Source: the human T2T-CHM13v2.0 reference genome, Homo sapiens. Taken from it: a stretch of 64,000 bases of DNA. This document shows, piece by piece, positions 15,017 to 29,463 of this stretch. Both the position numbers and the translations under genes were made by a program. A model generated the notes under the pieces. That model made no database searches. It saw only the letters and a program-made list of their open reading frames with translations, and was not told where the DNA came from. The number at the start of each line of letters is the position of its first letter. The first letter of the stretch is position 1. The DNA lies in assembly GCF_009914755.1 (NCBI RefSeq), contig NC_060930.1. One strand, given 5' to 3'.

Positions 15017-17029
15017 AGAGATACGATATTTTTACCTTACCATAGCACCATACTTTCTTTTCTTCCTAGCTACATTTGAGGTGGTACCTTGGAGTCAATT
15101 CTCTCCATTCCTCCCCACCTTACCTGATCAGGGGTGGTTGCTGTATCAGTCTAGTTTTCCCTTTTCCTTGCTCTTGTAGAGACATCGTAGGGCCAGGACT
15201 CAGAGCTTAAACATTTAACATCTTCTGTGCAGGCAGGTGATAATAGCTTCTTTCCCCCAAACCACTGTGGGGTTGAACTAACCATTTTAGTTGCATGGTC
15301 AATTTTTTGGGCTGGAATAAATGATCTTTTGTTCTTTCTTATAGTTATTTGATGTGTTGGTTCTTTTCTTTACTCAAAAATAGAAGCATCTAATGAGCAG
15401 CCTCGATGTCACACACTTCCTGTTGTACTCACCCAAGCAGTTGACTCTCTGCTGAGCACATTGGTAGCAGCTCATGGGCGTTTGAATGGAGGAAGAAGGC
15501 ATCATATTAAATGGCTTTTCCCTGTTTTTGGACATAAAATGCCATGGGACAGCTTTTTTCTTTTTCGTGGCGGCAGGATCAAGAGTATAGAGTCTGGATT
15601 TGGAGATCTTTGACGTGTGCTTTGCTTCACCTGGCAATTTCTGCTGGGATTTCCAGTTGTAAGCCCATGTCCCTCTATCCTGCGATCCCTCTAAATGTCT
15701 GGAGTTGGCTTGAACCTGCATATCTTATGCCAACTTTCCTCTCTTAAGAAATGCTGCTAAAGAGGTAGAACATATTTACAAAGTCCTTAGCTGTGACGAT
15801 GAAGAACATAACATTTGGTCTCCAGTAAGGAAAATAAAAAAGGGATTTGATTACTTTTGCCCCAGTCCCACCTAATTCACCTACACATGTCCAGTTTACT
15901 TTGGACAGGAGTTTTCATTAATGTTAAAATGTATGTAAACTGAAGTGGGGTTTTTGACTAAGGACACAGGGTCTCTAAGGCAAGACAACACTATTAATAG
16001 AATGTGGATGTGTGTGGTTTATTTTTGTTTTCAAAATGGAAATGTTTCTTCGGGGTTTTGGCATGCTCTTTGATATGTTGAAAGATGAGAAAACATCATT
16101 TGGGAAACTCAGCACTTCTACCATATTAGGAAATTTACAGTGCTTCAGATTTCACATTTAATGTTTTAATTGCCTGGTTTGGTAATAGAAAAATGTCAAG
16201 CTTCTCTCTTTCATTTGGAGTTACCACCACGTTTTTTTCCCTCTTTGCAGTGATGGGCTGTTGCCAGCTTCTACTTACTGCCCCAGTCCCAGCATGGACT
16301 GAGTATTTGCTCTGAGAAAGCAGTTCCTCACATGTCATCTGAAATGAGTATCAATGTGGACTTCTGACATACTGGTTTAGCCTTTTTTGTATGATATCAC
16401 ATATGCAGTTGTTTCCTGTGGTGCTTGTAAATATCCTAAATGTACAACTAAAATTGAATTGTCTTTTTGAAACTTTTAAATTGTTTTTGAACAGAGGGTG
16501 CTATTCTCAACATTACATAAAGTACAGAAGAAGTCAAAGAAAACACTGCTATTCTGATCTGAGAGCAATCTTTAGGAAAAGCCTGTACATTACAAGAGAG
16601 AGACAGACACACATGGAAACAGAGAAACACACACGCAGATCAAGGCAGAGAGAGGCAGACAGAAATGGAGACTGAGAAGGAGAGAGGAGGGTGGAGTTGT
16701 ATATTCTGTGAAGTGTAGGCCTTTTGGAAAAATCAAGACCCAAAACAGAGTTGAAATTTACTCTTCTTATAAATATACCTTCCTACTGAGGAAACAATGA
16801 TGAAAGAACTTCCAGAAGTAATTTTTTGCGGACAATAAAATGTGGAGGGAAAAATCCTGTACATCATCTTTACTGTCATACATTGTCACAGGATTTAGAG
16901 GGGAAATATGCTTTTATCTGGGGAATTAGGGCTCTATTGCTAAGCAGCTGAGTACAGGTATTTTCACTTTCCCTGCACAGTTATCTCCAAACAATATTTG
17001 CAAATAAAATAGTTATTTCATTTTTCAAT

Positions 17030-17900
17030 ATCCAAATATAATTTTTAACTATATAGTAAGTCATACTTAGTATAGAAAATTTGGAAAAATACAGAAAGAC
17101 CTCCAGAAAAAAATAAAAATAACCTGCAATCATATAATCTAGAGGTAATTTGAATGTATTTCCTTTTAGAATGTGTTTCTATGTGCTTATGTCTATATGT
17201 ATTTTTTATATAAGTGGAATCACACTGCACATACATTTTAGATTCTTCACTTCTCTCTATAACAATAAACATGTTATTTAATGGTTACATTGTAATTCTT
17301 GGTAGGACTCTATCACAATTCATTTTACCATTTCCCTATGGGTTTTCTTCTTCACTAATTACGTTGGTAGTGATCTATGGGTTAGGTTAAGAAATGCTGT
17401 AAAGAGGATCTTTGAGTGTGAATAGTTTTTCTGGATTCCTGATTATTTTATCAAGTTATGTTTCTATATAAGAATTATTGTGTCTTTTTAAGGCCTCCTT
17501 TGCACATTGCTAAATCACTTCGCAGAAAAGTTGTATGCCTTGAACTCTAACATTTCAGATTGCTCATCTTTCTTACCTGAGACAATACTGACCCACTTTT
17601 AAGACCTCCTTCATCTAACATGAAAAATAATACTTTATTTGTTACTTTAACTTTCATTCTTTGTGAATTATTTGTTTTATTGGAACTTTTATTGTTATGT
17701 TTTATTGGTTGTTTACTTATTGGCTGCTGTAAATTCTCTACAAGCGCCTTTTCTGTATTTCTACTGGGATTTTAATGATGACTGTATAGATTAGTGTGAC
17801 TTCTTATTTATTCAGGTTGTTAACTCTTGTTTGACTTACTTCCTTTTTTATACATACAGACATAAAATCTAATTTTTATCTAGTGATAAATGCTTTGTAA
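17030..17900 (-). mobile_element. Old L1M (L1ME-like) 3' fragment
   Basis: T-rich, degenerate L1 3' motifs (TATAAGTGGAATCAC, AGAAAAGTTGTA, CTTTAACTTTCATT). Confidence 0.6.
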
Positions 17901-18091
17901 CATCATTTTTCTTTCCTTTCCCTTATTTTTTTTTAATCTTCTCTTAATTTTTCTCCCTCTGAAATGCCCTTGAAATTTCTTTGCTTCTCAGTCTTATCTC
18001 TCCACTTCTCCACGGTCTTTTCCCCAGAATACTTTTCCAAGCTCACTTCCTGCCATGATCCCAACCAAGTCTTGCTTCATCTGGATTTCTC

Positions 18092-18456
18092 CACTTTTCC
18101 CCTTATGCACAGTTTTGCTTTCGGTGATTTCTATTACCTGCGGTCAACTGTGGTCTGAAAATACTAAATGGAAAATTTCAGAAATAGACAATTTGTAAGG
18201 ATTAAATTGTGTGCCATCCTGAATAATGTGATGCAATCTCATGCCTTCCCATGCCGTTCCTGCTCTGGATGTGAATTATCCCTTTGCCAGAGTAGCCACT
18301 GTATACACTGCCTGTCCATTAGTCATTTGGTAGCCATCTAGCCATCAAATGGAAAAAACATAGTGCATATGGCATAGGGGTTGGTACTATGTTTCTGTTT
18401 CAGGCATTTACTGGGAGTCTTGGACCATATCCCCCGTGGATAAGGGAAGACAACTA
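18092..18456 (+). mobile_element. MER44-like TcMar-Tigger relic
   Basis: CCCCTTATGCACAG...CGGTCAACTGTGGTCTGAAAATA...CCCCGTGGATAAGGG inverted termini followed by TA. Confidence 0.85.
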
Positions 18457-18459
18457 TAC

Positions 18460-18835
18460 CTGGCAAATTCCACTTGCAGCTCTGTGTGTGTGTTTCCCTT
18501 GACATGTTATCGTGGATTCTTCTTTCTCTTTTAAGACAGAGCTGGTATGCCACCTCTTTCATACAACCTTCCTTCACTTCAGCATGTGGTGATCTGTCCT
18601 TGCTCTGTTTTCAGTGCTCATTTTGCACTTTTTGCACACTAATTTATATCTTTAGTTATACCTTCATGTGTGTATGTTTTGTCACCCTGTATAGGCTGCC
18701 AGGTCCTTGTAAGCACAGATGCTATCGCTCTCATTTCTCTGTAAGCCTTATCCTCACCTTGGGCACCGCCCAAAAATACTTAGGACAGTGCTCCATGTAT
18801 GGGACAACTAGACACTTAGCAATATGTTGTTGACC
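18460..18835 (+). mobile_element. L2 3' fragment
   Basis: Degenerate L2 3' motifs. Confidence 0.45.
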
Positions 18836-18903
18836 GATCACTCTCGTGATACTTTACTTTTTCCATCTTATTTCTTTTTGCCTTCTGCCCCTCCCCTCCC
18901 CGC

Positions 18904-19516
<613 letters not shown>

Positions 19517-19656
19517 TATTGTTGGTTTTCTTACTCAGTATAAAGAATCACTTGGTACACTCACACTGGAAGCCATGTTCCCTACTTGCTCTCTTCCCTT
19601 TGAAACATTATCCTATGCCTTCTTTATAATATGCCATGTTCAACTACCAGAGAATC

Positions 19657-20408
19657 TTTTTTTTTTTTTTTTTAAATAATTTCAACTTTTATTTTAGATT
19701 CAGGAGGTACATGTGGAGGTTTGCTATATGGGTATATTGTGTGCTGCTGAGATTTGGGGTATGGATGATCCTGCCACCAGATAGTGAACACAGTACCTAA
19801 TAGGTAGTTTTTTAGTCCGTGTCTCCTCACTCCTCCCACTCCCACCCCCACCACCAACTCTAGAAAGTCTGTGGTGTCTATTGTTCTCATCTTTATGTCC
19901 ATGTATACTCAATGTTTAGCTCTCACTTATAAATGAGAACATGCAGTATTTGGTTTTCTGTTACTATGTTAATTTGATGATGATAATGGCCTCCAGCTGC
20001 ATCCATACTGCTGCAAAGGATATGGTTTCATTCCTTTTTTTATGGCTGCATAGTATTCCATGGTATATATGTACCATATTTTCTTTATCCAATCCACTAT
20101 TGACAGGCTCCTAGGTTGATTCCATGGCTTTACTATTGTGAACAGCACTGAGATGACCATATAAGTGCATGTGTCTTTTTGGTGAAATGATTTATGTTCC
20201 TTATTCCTTTGGGTCTATACCCAGTAATGGGACTGCTGGGTCAAATGGTAATTCTGTTTTAAATTCTTCGTGAAATCACCAAATTGCTGTCCATAGTGGC
20301 TGAATTAATTTACATTCTCACCATCAGTGTATTAGTGTTCCTTTTTCTCTGCAGCCTCACTAGCATTTCTTTTTTGTCTTTTTAATAATAGCCATTCTGA
20401 CTGGTATA
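19657..20408 (-). mobile_element. L1PA/PB (about L1PA15-16) 3' end
   Basis: Poly-T, TTCAACTTTTATTTTAGATTCAGG; ORF2 C-terminal remnant WIKKIWYIYTMEYYAAIK. Confidence 0.92.
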
Positions 20409-21212
20409 AGTTGGTATCTGATAGATTTGCATTTCTACGGAGAATCTTGATGTCATCAGAAACTGTTAGGCAGCTAATTTCCTCATTGTATATTTTTGTT
20501 TTCTTGGTGGCTTCATCAATGTTATTTGCTGACTTACACACTTCTTGCCTCTCACCTTCTCTGCCAAATCTCCATGCTTTATAACCCAGACTTACCCACG
20601 GTCGAGTTCTCTAGACTTGGCTCCTCTGATTGTGTGAGATCCTCCCACATTTAGGAAGGGGGAGCTGGTATTAAATATATGTGTGAAATACTTAAAGAAT
20701 AAAGTGTGGAATAGTGAAATATGGGCCCTAATGCACTAGGAGATCAGAAGGAGACAGTGGGTATGAGCTGATTGACTCAAGGACAGCTTTATAGGTACAG
20801 AGGAGATTTATTATAGATATAGGAGGATGGGTAGGATCTAGATGGGGCATGAGGAAAGAGAGGGCACTTAACAATTGGAATGAGAGTAAACAAAAGCCCT
20901 AAAACCTTTATTATTAGTAATAATGCTTGGTAGAAATGAATGGGGTATATACATGGGAAATGGTATATAACAAGGATGTCTAGGTGGGCAAGAGGAGGAC
21001 ATAGTTATTTCTTAGAAGGAAGTCAATGGGTGCTATGCATGGCCACCGACCATGAATTTCTACAGCTGCTTGCTGGATCCTGCTGAGTGGTTTTCCTCAG
21101 GACTGCTGCTGCCCCTGTGGCAGCCATGCCAGCTTCTCTCTTCTCCCTCCTGTTTAGCCTCCCACTGGGAAGAGCTGCTATGTAGAGACTTATTAAAATT
21201 TTCTCAAAGAGT

Positions 21213-21491
21213 GGCAGGATGCAGTGGCTCATGCCTGTAATCCTGAGGTGGGCGGATCACCTGAGGTCAGGAGTTCGAGACCATTGTGGTCAACATGATG
21301 AAACCCCCATCTCTACTAAAAATACAAAAATTAGCCAGACATGGTGGTGCACACCTGTAGTCCCAGCTACTTGGGAGGCTGAGGCAGGAGAATCGCTTGA
21401 ACCCGGGAGGCTGAGGTTGCACTGAGCCAAGATCTTTACTGCACTGTAGCCTGGGCGACAGAGTGAGACTGTGTCTCAAAAAAAAAAAAAA
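21213..21491 (+). mobile_element. AluS with internal deletion
   Basis: Alu consensus; flanking repeat TTTTCTCAAAGA. Confidence 0.93.
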
Positions 21492-21509
21492 TTTTTTTTT
21501 TCTCAAAGA

Positions 21510-21660
21510 ATTTTTCAAACACTATCTCATTGGATGCATGTGATAATCTTGGGCTGTGCTGTTACACCAATTTGCAAGTAGGAATCTGAGGTTCTTTGAG
21601 GCTAAGGAACTTTCCTGAAGCCACAAAACTGGTAAGCAGCAGAACTGGACTGTGAGGCTC
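21510..21660 (-). mobile_element. MIR
   Basis: GAATCTGAGG..GGCTAAGGAACTTTCC..GCCACAAAACTGGTAAG. Confidence 0.6.
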
Positions 21661-21727
21661 TGGCCCAGATGTGGTCGGCGCTCTTTGTGGTCAGCCAGGC
21701 CACACCAGAGGCCATTTGCCTGCTTTT

Positions 21728-22335
21728 CTGTTCATTCATTCATTTTTGGTAAATCTTGTCTGACCATCTACTAAGCGCTGGGTCCCAAGTTAAGACAAAG
21801 GTAAACAAGGCCCTTTTCTTGCTTTCTGTTCCAGTTGGATAGGGATCAGAAAGGCAAAGCCGGCAGTTGCAGTCTCATGTGGTAAGGGCTGTAGGGAGAT
21901 GCCCAGGGTGCTATGGCTACCCCTAGGAAGGACTTTAAGGGTGAAATTGTGCCAGGGGCTAAGGCTTCCTAGAGGAAGTGATAGCAGAGCTGAGGTACCA
22001 GGAAAGATTTAAATGTTCTTTACAGAAATCTGTAACATAAAAGGCGAGGCAAGAGAGAGGAATGGTACATTTGGGGAATTAAAAGTAGTTGAATTTGCCT
22101 GGAATGCGAAGGGCAAGTTGGGGAATGGTGGAAGATGAAGCTAAGGACACCTTAGCTTAAATCTACCGAGGCCAGATCGTGTGTAGTTGTGGAAACCATG
22201 GTTAAGAGATCTTCACTGCCCAGAGCACAGTGAGGAACTGTTGGAAAGGTTGGGAGCCTGAGAGTGACTTGATCAAATTTGCAGCCTAGAAGAATTCCTC
22301 TGGTGCAGTGGGAAGGATGGGCTCACTGTTGCAAC
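21728..22335 (-). mobile_element. L2
   Basis: (TTCA)n 3' end followed by purine-rich reverse L2 motifs. Confidence 0.7.
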
Positions 22336-22370
22336 AGTTATTGCAGTCTGTTAAAGTAGAGACATTAGCT

Positions 22371-22415
22371 GATAGCATAAGGTGCAATAGCATAAGGTGC
22401 GATAGCGTAAGGTGC
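22371..22415 (+). repeat. 15-bp tandem repeat x3 (RATAGCRTAAGGTGC)
   Basis: Seen directly. Confidence 0.95.
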
Positions 22416-24171
22416 TTTTCTCTTCTTCAGTCTCTGCAGTAGCATTCTGGAGGAATCCAAAGGCCTCTTCCAGAGCAAAGCTAAAAATGGTGGAGAAGGG
22501 AGAAGCGGAATTTGCTGTCTTCCATGATTTGGTTCCAAATACACAAGCCTTGTTCTGGTTCTTTTTAACATCTGTGTGTCTCAAGTCAGGAAAATGGCTT
22601 GAAAAGCCATAATATCATCATAGCCCTAGCGTTCAGATTACCTTCTTTCAATTAGCTAACCAAGATAAACTTCGATTTCATGAAAGTTGTGTACTTTATC
22701 TCCAAGTCATGTGACTAAAAAAGCCAACTCTTTTAAAAACATACATGTTTCTACACGTTTAGAATAATTTTAAAGTATCTATCTATAGCAAATATAATTT
22801 TAAACATCCATAAAACAAAAATATAGCTCAGGATCTTTTCATTAGGGTCTGGGTTCTCAAAGAGCACGTTGCAAGGTAAAGCAAAGAACCTTAGAGAAAA
22901 TGTTAAGTGCTTCTGTCAGACAGAGTTTTCTCAAGTGGCTGAATGTTTGGACTCACAGAGCTGCTTTTTTTCTACGTAAAGAAAACTCTTCTCTTGTAGA
23001 CCCCTCTACATTTTTCTCATAAGCAATTCTCTTTAGAGATTACTTCTCTAATTTATCCCTCCCTTCCCCTCCAAAAAGAGAGATGAGAGATTATCTCAAG
23101 GAGCTGGCAGGACAGAATCAAAAGCAGGGGGGTGTGGGTGTGGAATAAGTCAGTGCAGACCCAGGTCCTTGCCGTCGCTGGAGATCTCTGAACTTTGCCG
23201 CCTCCCTCTTTGCTGAGGTCCCTCAGGTGGCCTCATTGTTTCTATTACCTTGGTAGAAAGCCTGTGTGAAGTCCCTGCCTGCCTGGCAGTCTCGTTGCCA
23301 TGGAAACTTCCATTCCGCACACCTGATTCACACATCACGCTTGGCTAAGTCCAGACAGAGGTCACAGACTGGCATTTGCCCTTTGTTTCCCCTTCTTGTG
23401 TTTTCCAGGCACTTAAAAATGGATATAGAAAGATGAGAGGGTGGGCAGTGTTGTGTGTAAGAACGCTTTGTTGTCAACTGTAGAAGTGTGTGAGGAAAAA
23501 AAAAACCAAAAAAAAAAAAAAAAACCAAAAAAAAACCTTGTAAATGGAAGAGCAGAGCAAATGGCAAAGTGTGCATATAGTTCTAACCTTCTCGTAAGAA
23601 AGCAAAGTTTGAATCCTGTAATGTGTCTGAAAGTGACTTTTTTTCTGGATTTCTAGGTGAGATTGGAAATGGGTATAATAGATTCCAGAGTCTGCGGCTC
23701 CACAGGGAGTTTTCTGTCCCCTTTCACCAAGTTGCTCTTACACTCTAGGATTGCAATGTGGGTTCAGGTAAACCATCCCTGACAGCTGTATGTTAAGAAT
23801 CAAATTCTCTGATGTTGCTTTCTATACTGCAGCTTTACTTTTACATAAAGTGTAATACTTTAGAAAGCATAAATACTTTTGAGGAAATTATCCTTCGTTA
23901 GAGGTCAATACATTTGCTGGAGTAATTTTCTGTTTACCCTCTGATTTTTTCTTCTTCCTGTGTAACTTCTTTAATATATAACTTAGAGAAAAGGACCATG
24001 TAGGAAGGCAGATTATTAAAGTTCTTGCCCAACCAGAATTTCTCTTTCTTAGGTTGAGTCGTTTTCTTTTGATTCTTGTTTATAAGGCTGAGATTTAGAG
24101 ATTAAAAAAAAAAAAAAAGACTTTCCAAGGGACATGGGACACGGCATTCAGCCCTCCTAAAACATTAAGTT

Positions 24172-24486
<315 letters not shown>

Positions 24487-24654
24487 CCCACATTAGGTTT
24501 CAGACATTATGTGCAGTGCAGTTATCATGTCTTGGCAGTCGGGTTAGCTCGTGAGTTTCTGTTTGCTCTTACCTCCATTGACGCTTCTGTTTCTTCTCAT
24601 TTGTCAATATTCCTCCTGTTTAGATGGCCTTGATTTACAAAATATGCCCTTACT

Positions 24655-24835
24655 ACCAGCAGTCAACCAGACCTGGGTTTCAAATCTCATCTACCTTATG
24701 TCCTTGGATAAAATTATTAGCCTCCATTGTCTCATCTGTGAAATGGCGTTAATAATACAAAACTGCTGTAAAAAAATTGTAATTTTTACAGTAGATTGCA
24801 AGATACCTGCCACACAATATCTATTGTTACTATTA
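24655..24835 (+). mobile_element. MIR
   Basis: AGACCTGGGTTTCAAATC..CCTTGGATAA..CTCATCTGTGAAATGG. Confidence 0.7.
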
Positions 24836-27800
24836 TCCTGTTAAATCAGTTTAGAAATAACATTTATAGCATGTGAAAGCATATGCTTGCTCTCAGTGTT
24901 ACTAAGTTTGGTGTTGTTCTTGACTTTGGCCAAGGTAAGGACAGGTTGGGGCTAAGTATATGGATGGTGGATGGAAAGAAATTATAATTTTTACAAAAAA
25001 TAGAGCATGTACACACACATTCTCCTTGTCTTTTTTTCATTTGTGTACTCACCCTCAGTCTATTTTTTGAATCTCCCTACAAATTCAAGTGGCAAAATGA
25101 AAAGGTTGTACAAGTATTGGAAGATAAAATATTGTCATAGAGACATTTAGCGAGCAGTGGCTCTGCTCTGTCAGCATTTCCAGGCAGTCATAGAGGTACA
25201 TGTGTGAATTCCCATTCTCATGACCCCAAGGCCATTCTAATCCCCCCATTCTAATCCCCTGGCTCCTCACCTCCTTCCCCTTCCTCTCACTGTTCTCACA
25301 TTTTCTCCTCGTTTTTCCTCCTCTCCTCTCCTTCTCCTCCTTTTCTCCCCGTTTTCTGTTTCCTCCTCCCTCTCCCCCTCCTCCTTGTCTTTTTCTTCTT
25401 TCTTTAAAATTGTGGTAAAATATACCTGCTACAGAACTTACCATCTTAACTGTTTATACGTTTATGGTTCTGTGACATTACAAACTTCCACATTTTTTGC
25501 AACCATCACCATACTCCATCTCTTGAACTTTTGATCTTTCCAGACTGAAACGCTGTACCCATTGAACTCTGACTCCCCATGCCTGCCTCCCATCACAGCC
25601 ACTGGAAACCACCATTCTACTTTCTGTCTCTATGAATTTGACTACTTTTGGTGTCTCGTATAAGTAGGGTCATATAGTATTTGTTCTTTTGTGACTGGCT
25701 CATTTCACTTAGCATAATTAGCCTTCAAGGATCATCCCTGTTGTAGCATGTATCAGAATTTCATTCCTTTTTAAGGCTGAATCATATTCAATTGTATGTA
25801 TTAATATATACCACATTTTTGCTTATCCGTTTATCCATCGACAGACACTTGTGTGGCTTTCACATTTAGTATTTGTGAATAGTGCTGCTATGAACATGGG
25901 TGTACTCATATCCCTTCAAGAGCCTGCTTCAATTCTTTTGGGTACATACTCAGGAGTGGAACTACTGGATTATATGGTAATCGTATTTCTAATTTTTTGA
26001 GGAACTACCATACCGTTTTCCACAGTGGCTGTACCATTTTACATTCCAACCAACAGTGCACAAGGGCTCCAGTTCTTCCACCTTTTCACCAACATTTATT
26101 TTCTGATTTTTCGATAGTAGTCATTCAAATGGGCGTGAGATGGTATCTCGAAGTTTTGATTGCATTTCCTTAGTGATTAGTGATGTTGAACATCTTTTCA
26201 TGTGCTTATTGGCCATTTGTATATCTTCTTTGGAGAAATATCTATTCAGTTCCCTTGCCTGTTTCTTAGGTTGTTTGTTTTGTTGTTGTTGAATTTTTAG
26301 GTGTTATTTGTGTATTCTGAATATGAATCCCTTATCAGAAATATGATTTGCAAATATTTTCTCCCATTCTGTGGGTGGCCTTTTTACTCTGTTGTCTTTT
26401 GATGTGCAAAATTTTAAAATTTTTAAATGAAGTCTAATTTATCTATTCTTTTCCTTTTGTTGCTTATGCCTTTGGCATCATATCCAAGAAATAACTGCCA
26501 CATTCAATGACATGAAGCTTTTGTCCCATTTTCTCCTAGGAGATTTATAGATTTAGGTCTTATGCTTAGGTCTTTGTTCCATTTTGAGTTAATTTTTGTA
26601 TATGGTGTTATGTAAAGTCTGACTTCATTCTTTCGCATGTGGACATTTCATTTTCCTGGCACCATTTGTTGAAAATGTTGCCCCTTCCCATTGAGTGGTC
26701 TCGGCATCCTTGTCAAAAATCATTTGACCATATATGTGAGGTTTTATTTCTGGGTTTTCTGTTCTGCTGGTGCATCTCTCTGTCTTTATGCTAGTATCAC
26801 CATGTTTTGATCACTGTAGCTTTGTAGTAAGTTTTGAAGTCAGGAAGTGTGAATCCTTCAGCTTTGTTCTTTTTCAAGATTGTTTTTGGCTATTCAGGGT
26901 CCTTTGAGAGTCCCTATGGATTTTCGAATGGATTTTTCTATTTCTGCAAAAATTGTCATTGGGATTTTGATAGAGATTGCATTGAATCTACAGATTGCTT
27001 TGGGTGGTATTTATATCTTAACGGTATGAAGTTTTCTAATTCATGAACATGGTATGTGTTTTTATGTATTTATGTCTTTTTAAATTTCTTTCAGAAAGTT
27101 TTTATTGTACAAGTCTCTTAACTCCTTGATTAATTCCTAAGTATTTCATTGTTTTTGATGCTATTATAAATGGAACCATTTTTGTAATTTCCTTTTCAGA
27201 TTGTTCATTGTTAGTATATATAAATGCAACTTACTTTTATATGTTGGCTTTGTATCCTGCTACTTTATTGAATTTATTATCTCTAACAATTTTTTGAGTG
27301 CGGGATCGGGGGATCTTTCGGAGATAAGATCAGATCATTTGCAAACAGAAATAGTTTTATTTTTCCTTTCCAATTTGGATGGCCTTTATTTCGTTTTCTT
27401 GCCTAATTGCTCTGGCTAGAGCTTCTTGTACCATGTTGAATAGAAGTGGTGAAAGCAGGCATCCTTGCCTTATTTCTGATCTTAGAGTAAATGCTTTTAG
27501 TCTTTCACCATTATGATGTTGGCTATGGGTTTTTTCATATATGGATTTTATTATATTGAGGTAGATTTCTTTCTAGTATGTTGAGTATTTTCAACATGAA
27601 AGGGTATTGAATTTTGTCAAGTCCTTTTTCTGAATCAACCACATTGAGATGATCATGTGGTTTTAGTCTTTCATTCTGTTAACATTATATATTATATCAA
27701 TTTTTCTATGTTAAACCATCCTTGCATTTCGGGACTAAATCTCATTTGGTTGTGGTGTATAATTCTTTTAATATTCTGCTGAACTCAGATGGCTAGTATT

Positions 27801-27920
27801 TTGTTGACAGTTTTTACATCAGTGTTTATAAGGGATATTGGTCTATAGTTTTCTTTCTTTTTCTGGCTTTGCTATCACGGTAATACTGGCCTCATAGAAT
27901 GAATTAAAAAGTGTTTTATC

Positions 27921-28214
27921 AGCCGGGTGCAGTGGCTCATGCCTGTAATCCCAGGACTTTGGAAGGCTGAGGTGGATGGATCACCTGAGGTCAGGAGTTC
28001 AAGACCAGCCTGGCCAACATGGTGAAACCCCATCTCTACTAAAAATACAAAAATCAGCTGGGCATGGTGGTGTGTATTGGTAGTCCCAGCTACTGAGGCA
28101 GGAGAATCACTCGAACCCAGGAGGCAGAAGCTGCAGTGAGCCAAGATTGCGCCACTGTACTCCAGCCTGGGCAACAGAGTAAGACTCAGTCTCAAAAAAC
28201 AAACAAACAAACAA
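27921..28214 (+). mobile_element. AluSx-like inserted in L1
   Basis: TSD AAAA(A/C)GTGTTTTATC. Confidence 0.95.
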
Positions 28215-28276
28215 AACGTGTTTTATCTTCTTCAGTATTTTGAAAGAGTTTGAGAAAGATTGGTGTTAATTCTTTA

Positions 28277-28617
<341 letters not shown>

Positions 28618-28996
28618 TAAAAACAGTTTTAAAGAATATATTTAATCAGCTGAACTGAGGGAATTGTTACATTTAGGATAAAGAGAAGTTTGGAAAACTG
28701 TGGGGTTTCCAGATTCATTGTTTTATCTCCAAGTGACAATTCCCTTCTGCTCTCCCGAGTCTTTACCACAGGACTGAAGATTCAGTTTGGCCTCTGTGAT
28801 GTGGCCTGGCCGACAGTCTGTTGCTCTCTCATCCTTTAGGAGTCCTGGATGATTAGTAAGCATTTTCTCACAGCAAATGATTCAGAATGAAATGTAGTTC
28901 CAGATACAAAAATTATTTCTGAAAATAACCTCACTTCTTTAAAACCATTTCTGTTATATGTTGATTTAAAAGCATTTATACTGATCTCCAGTCAAC

Positions 28997-29148
28997 TTTC
29001 TCTTTCTCTTGGTGTTCCTTCTTCATCCCTCTCCCCACTCTCTTTCTCTCTCTTGCCTGCCCACCTGCCCGCCCCCCTCCCTTCCTCCCTCCCTCTCCTT
29101 CCCCCTCCTTCTTCCTTCCTTGCTTCCTTCCTTCCTCCCTCCCTCCCT
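28997..29148 (+). repeat. CT-rich/(CCTT)n low-complexity tract
   Basis: Seen directly. Confidence 0.85.
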
Positions 29149-29165
29149 CATGGAATACCCAGAAC

Positions 29166-29463
29166 AATACTGTCTAATAGACATATAATATAAGCCACAT
29201 GTGTAGCCATGCTAAAAAAAAAAAAATGAAGAGAATTAGGTGAAATTGATTTTAATAACACACTTTATTTAACCTAATATATCCAAAATATTATTTCAAT
29301 ATTTAATTAATATAAAAATTAATGAGCTATTTAACTGTATTTTTCATAGTAAGTCTGTGAAATCCACTGTTTTAAACTTGAGATACATCTCAGTTTGGAC
29401 TGATCACATTTCAAGGACTCAAGAGCCACATGTGTCTAGTGACCACTGTATTAGACAGTGCAG
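29166..29463 (+). mobile_element. MER33/MER3-like hAT-Charlie relic
   Basis: CTGTCTAATAGA...AGCCACATGTGTCTAGTGACCACTGTATTAGACAGTGCAG inverted ends. Confidence 0.8.

Noticed and set aside
22371-22415. Regular short repeats considered as a CRISPR-like array
   Set aside because: No spacers, only three adjacent units, and a eukaryotic context.
25232-25259. 14-bp tandem duplications (also at 34952-34978)
   Set aside because: Ordinary slippage duplications with no further structure.
25085-25444. R/K/E/G-rich ORFs (also 28976-29167)
   Set aside because: Translations of CT-rich low-complexity tracts.
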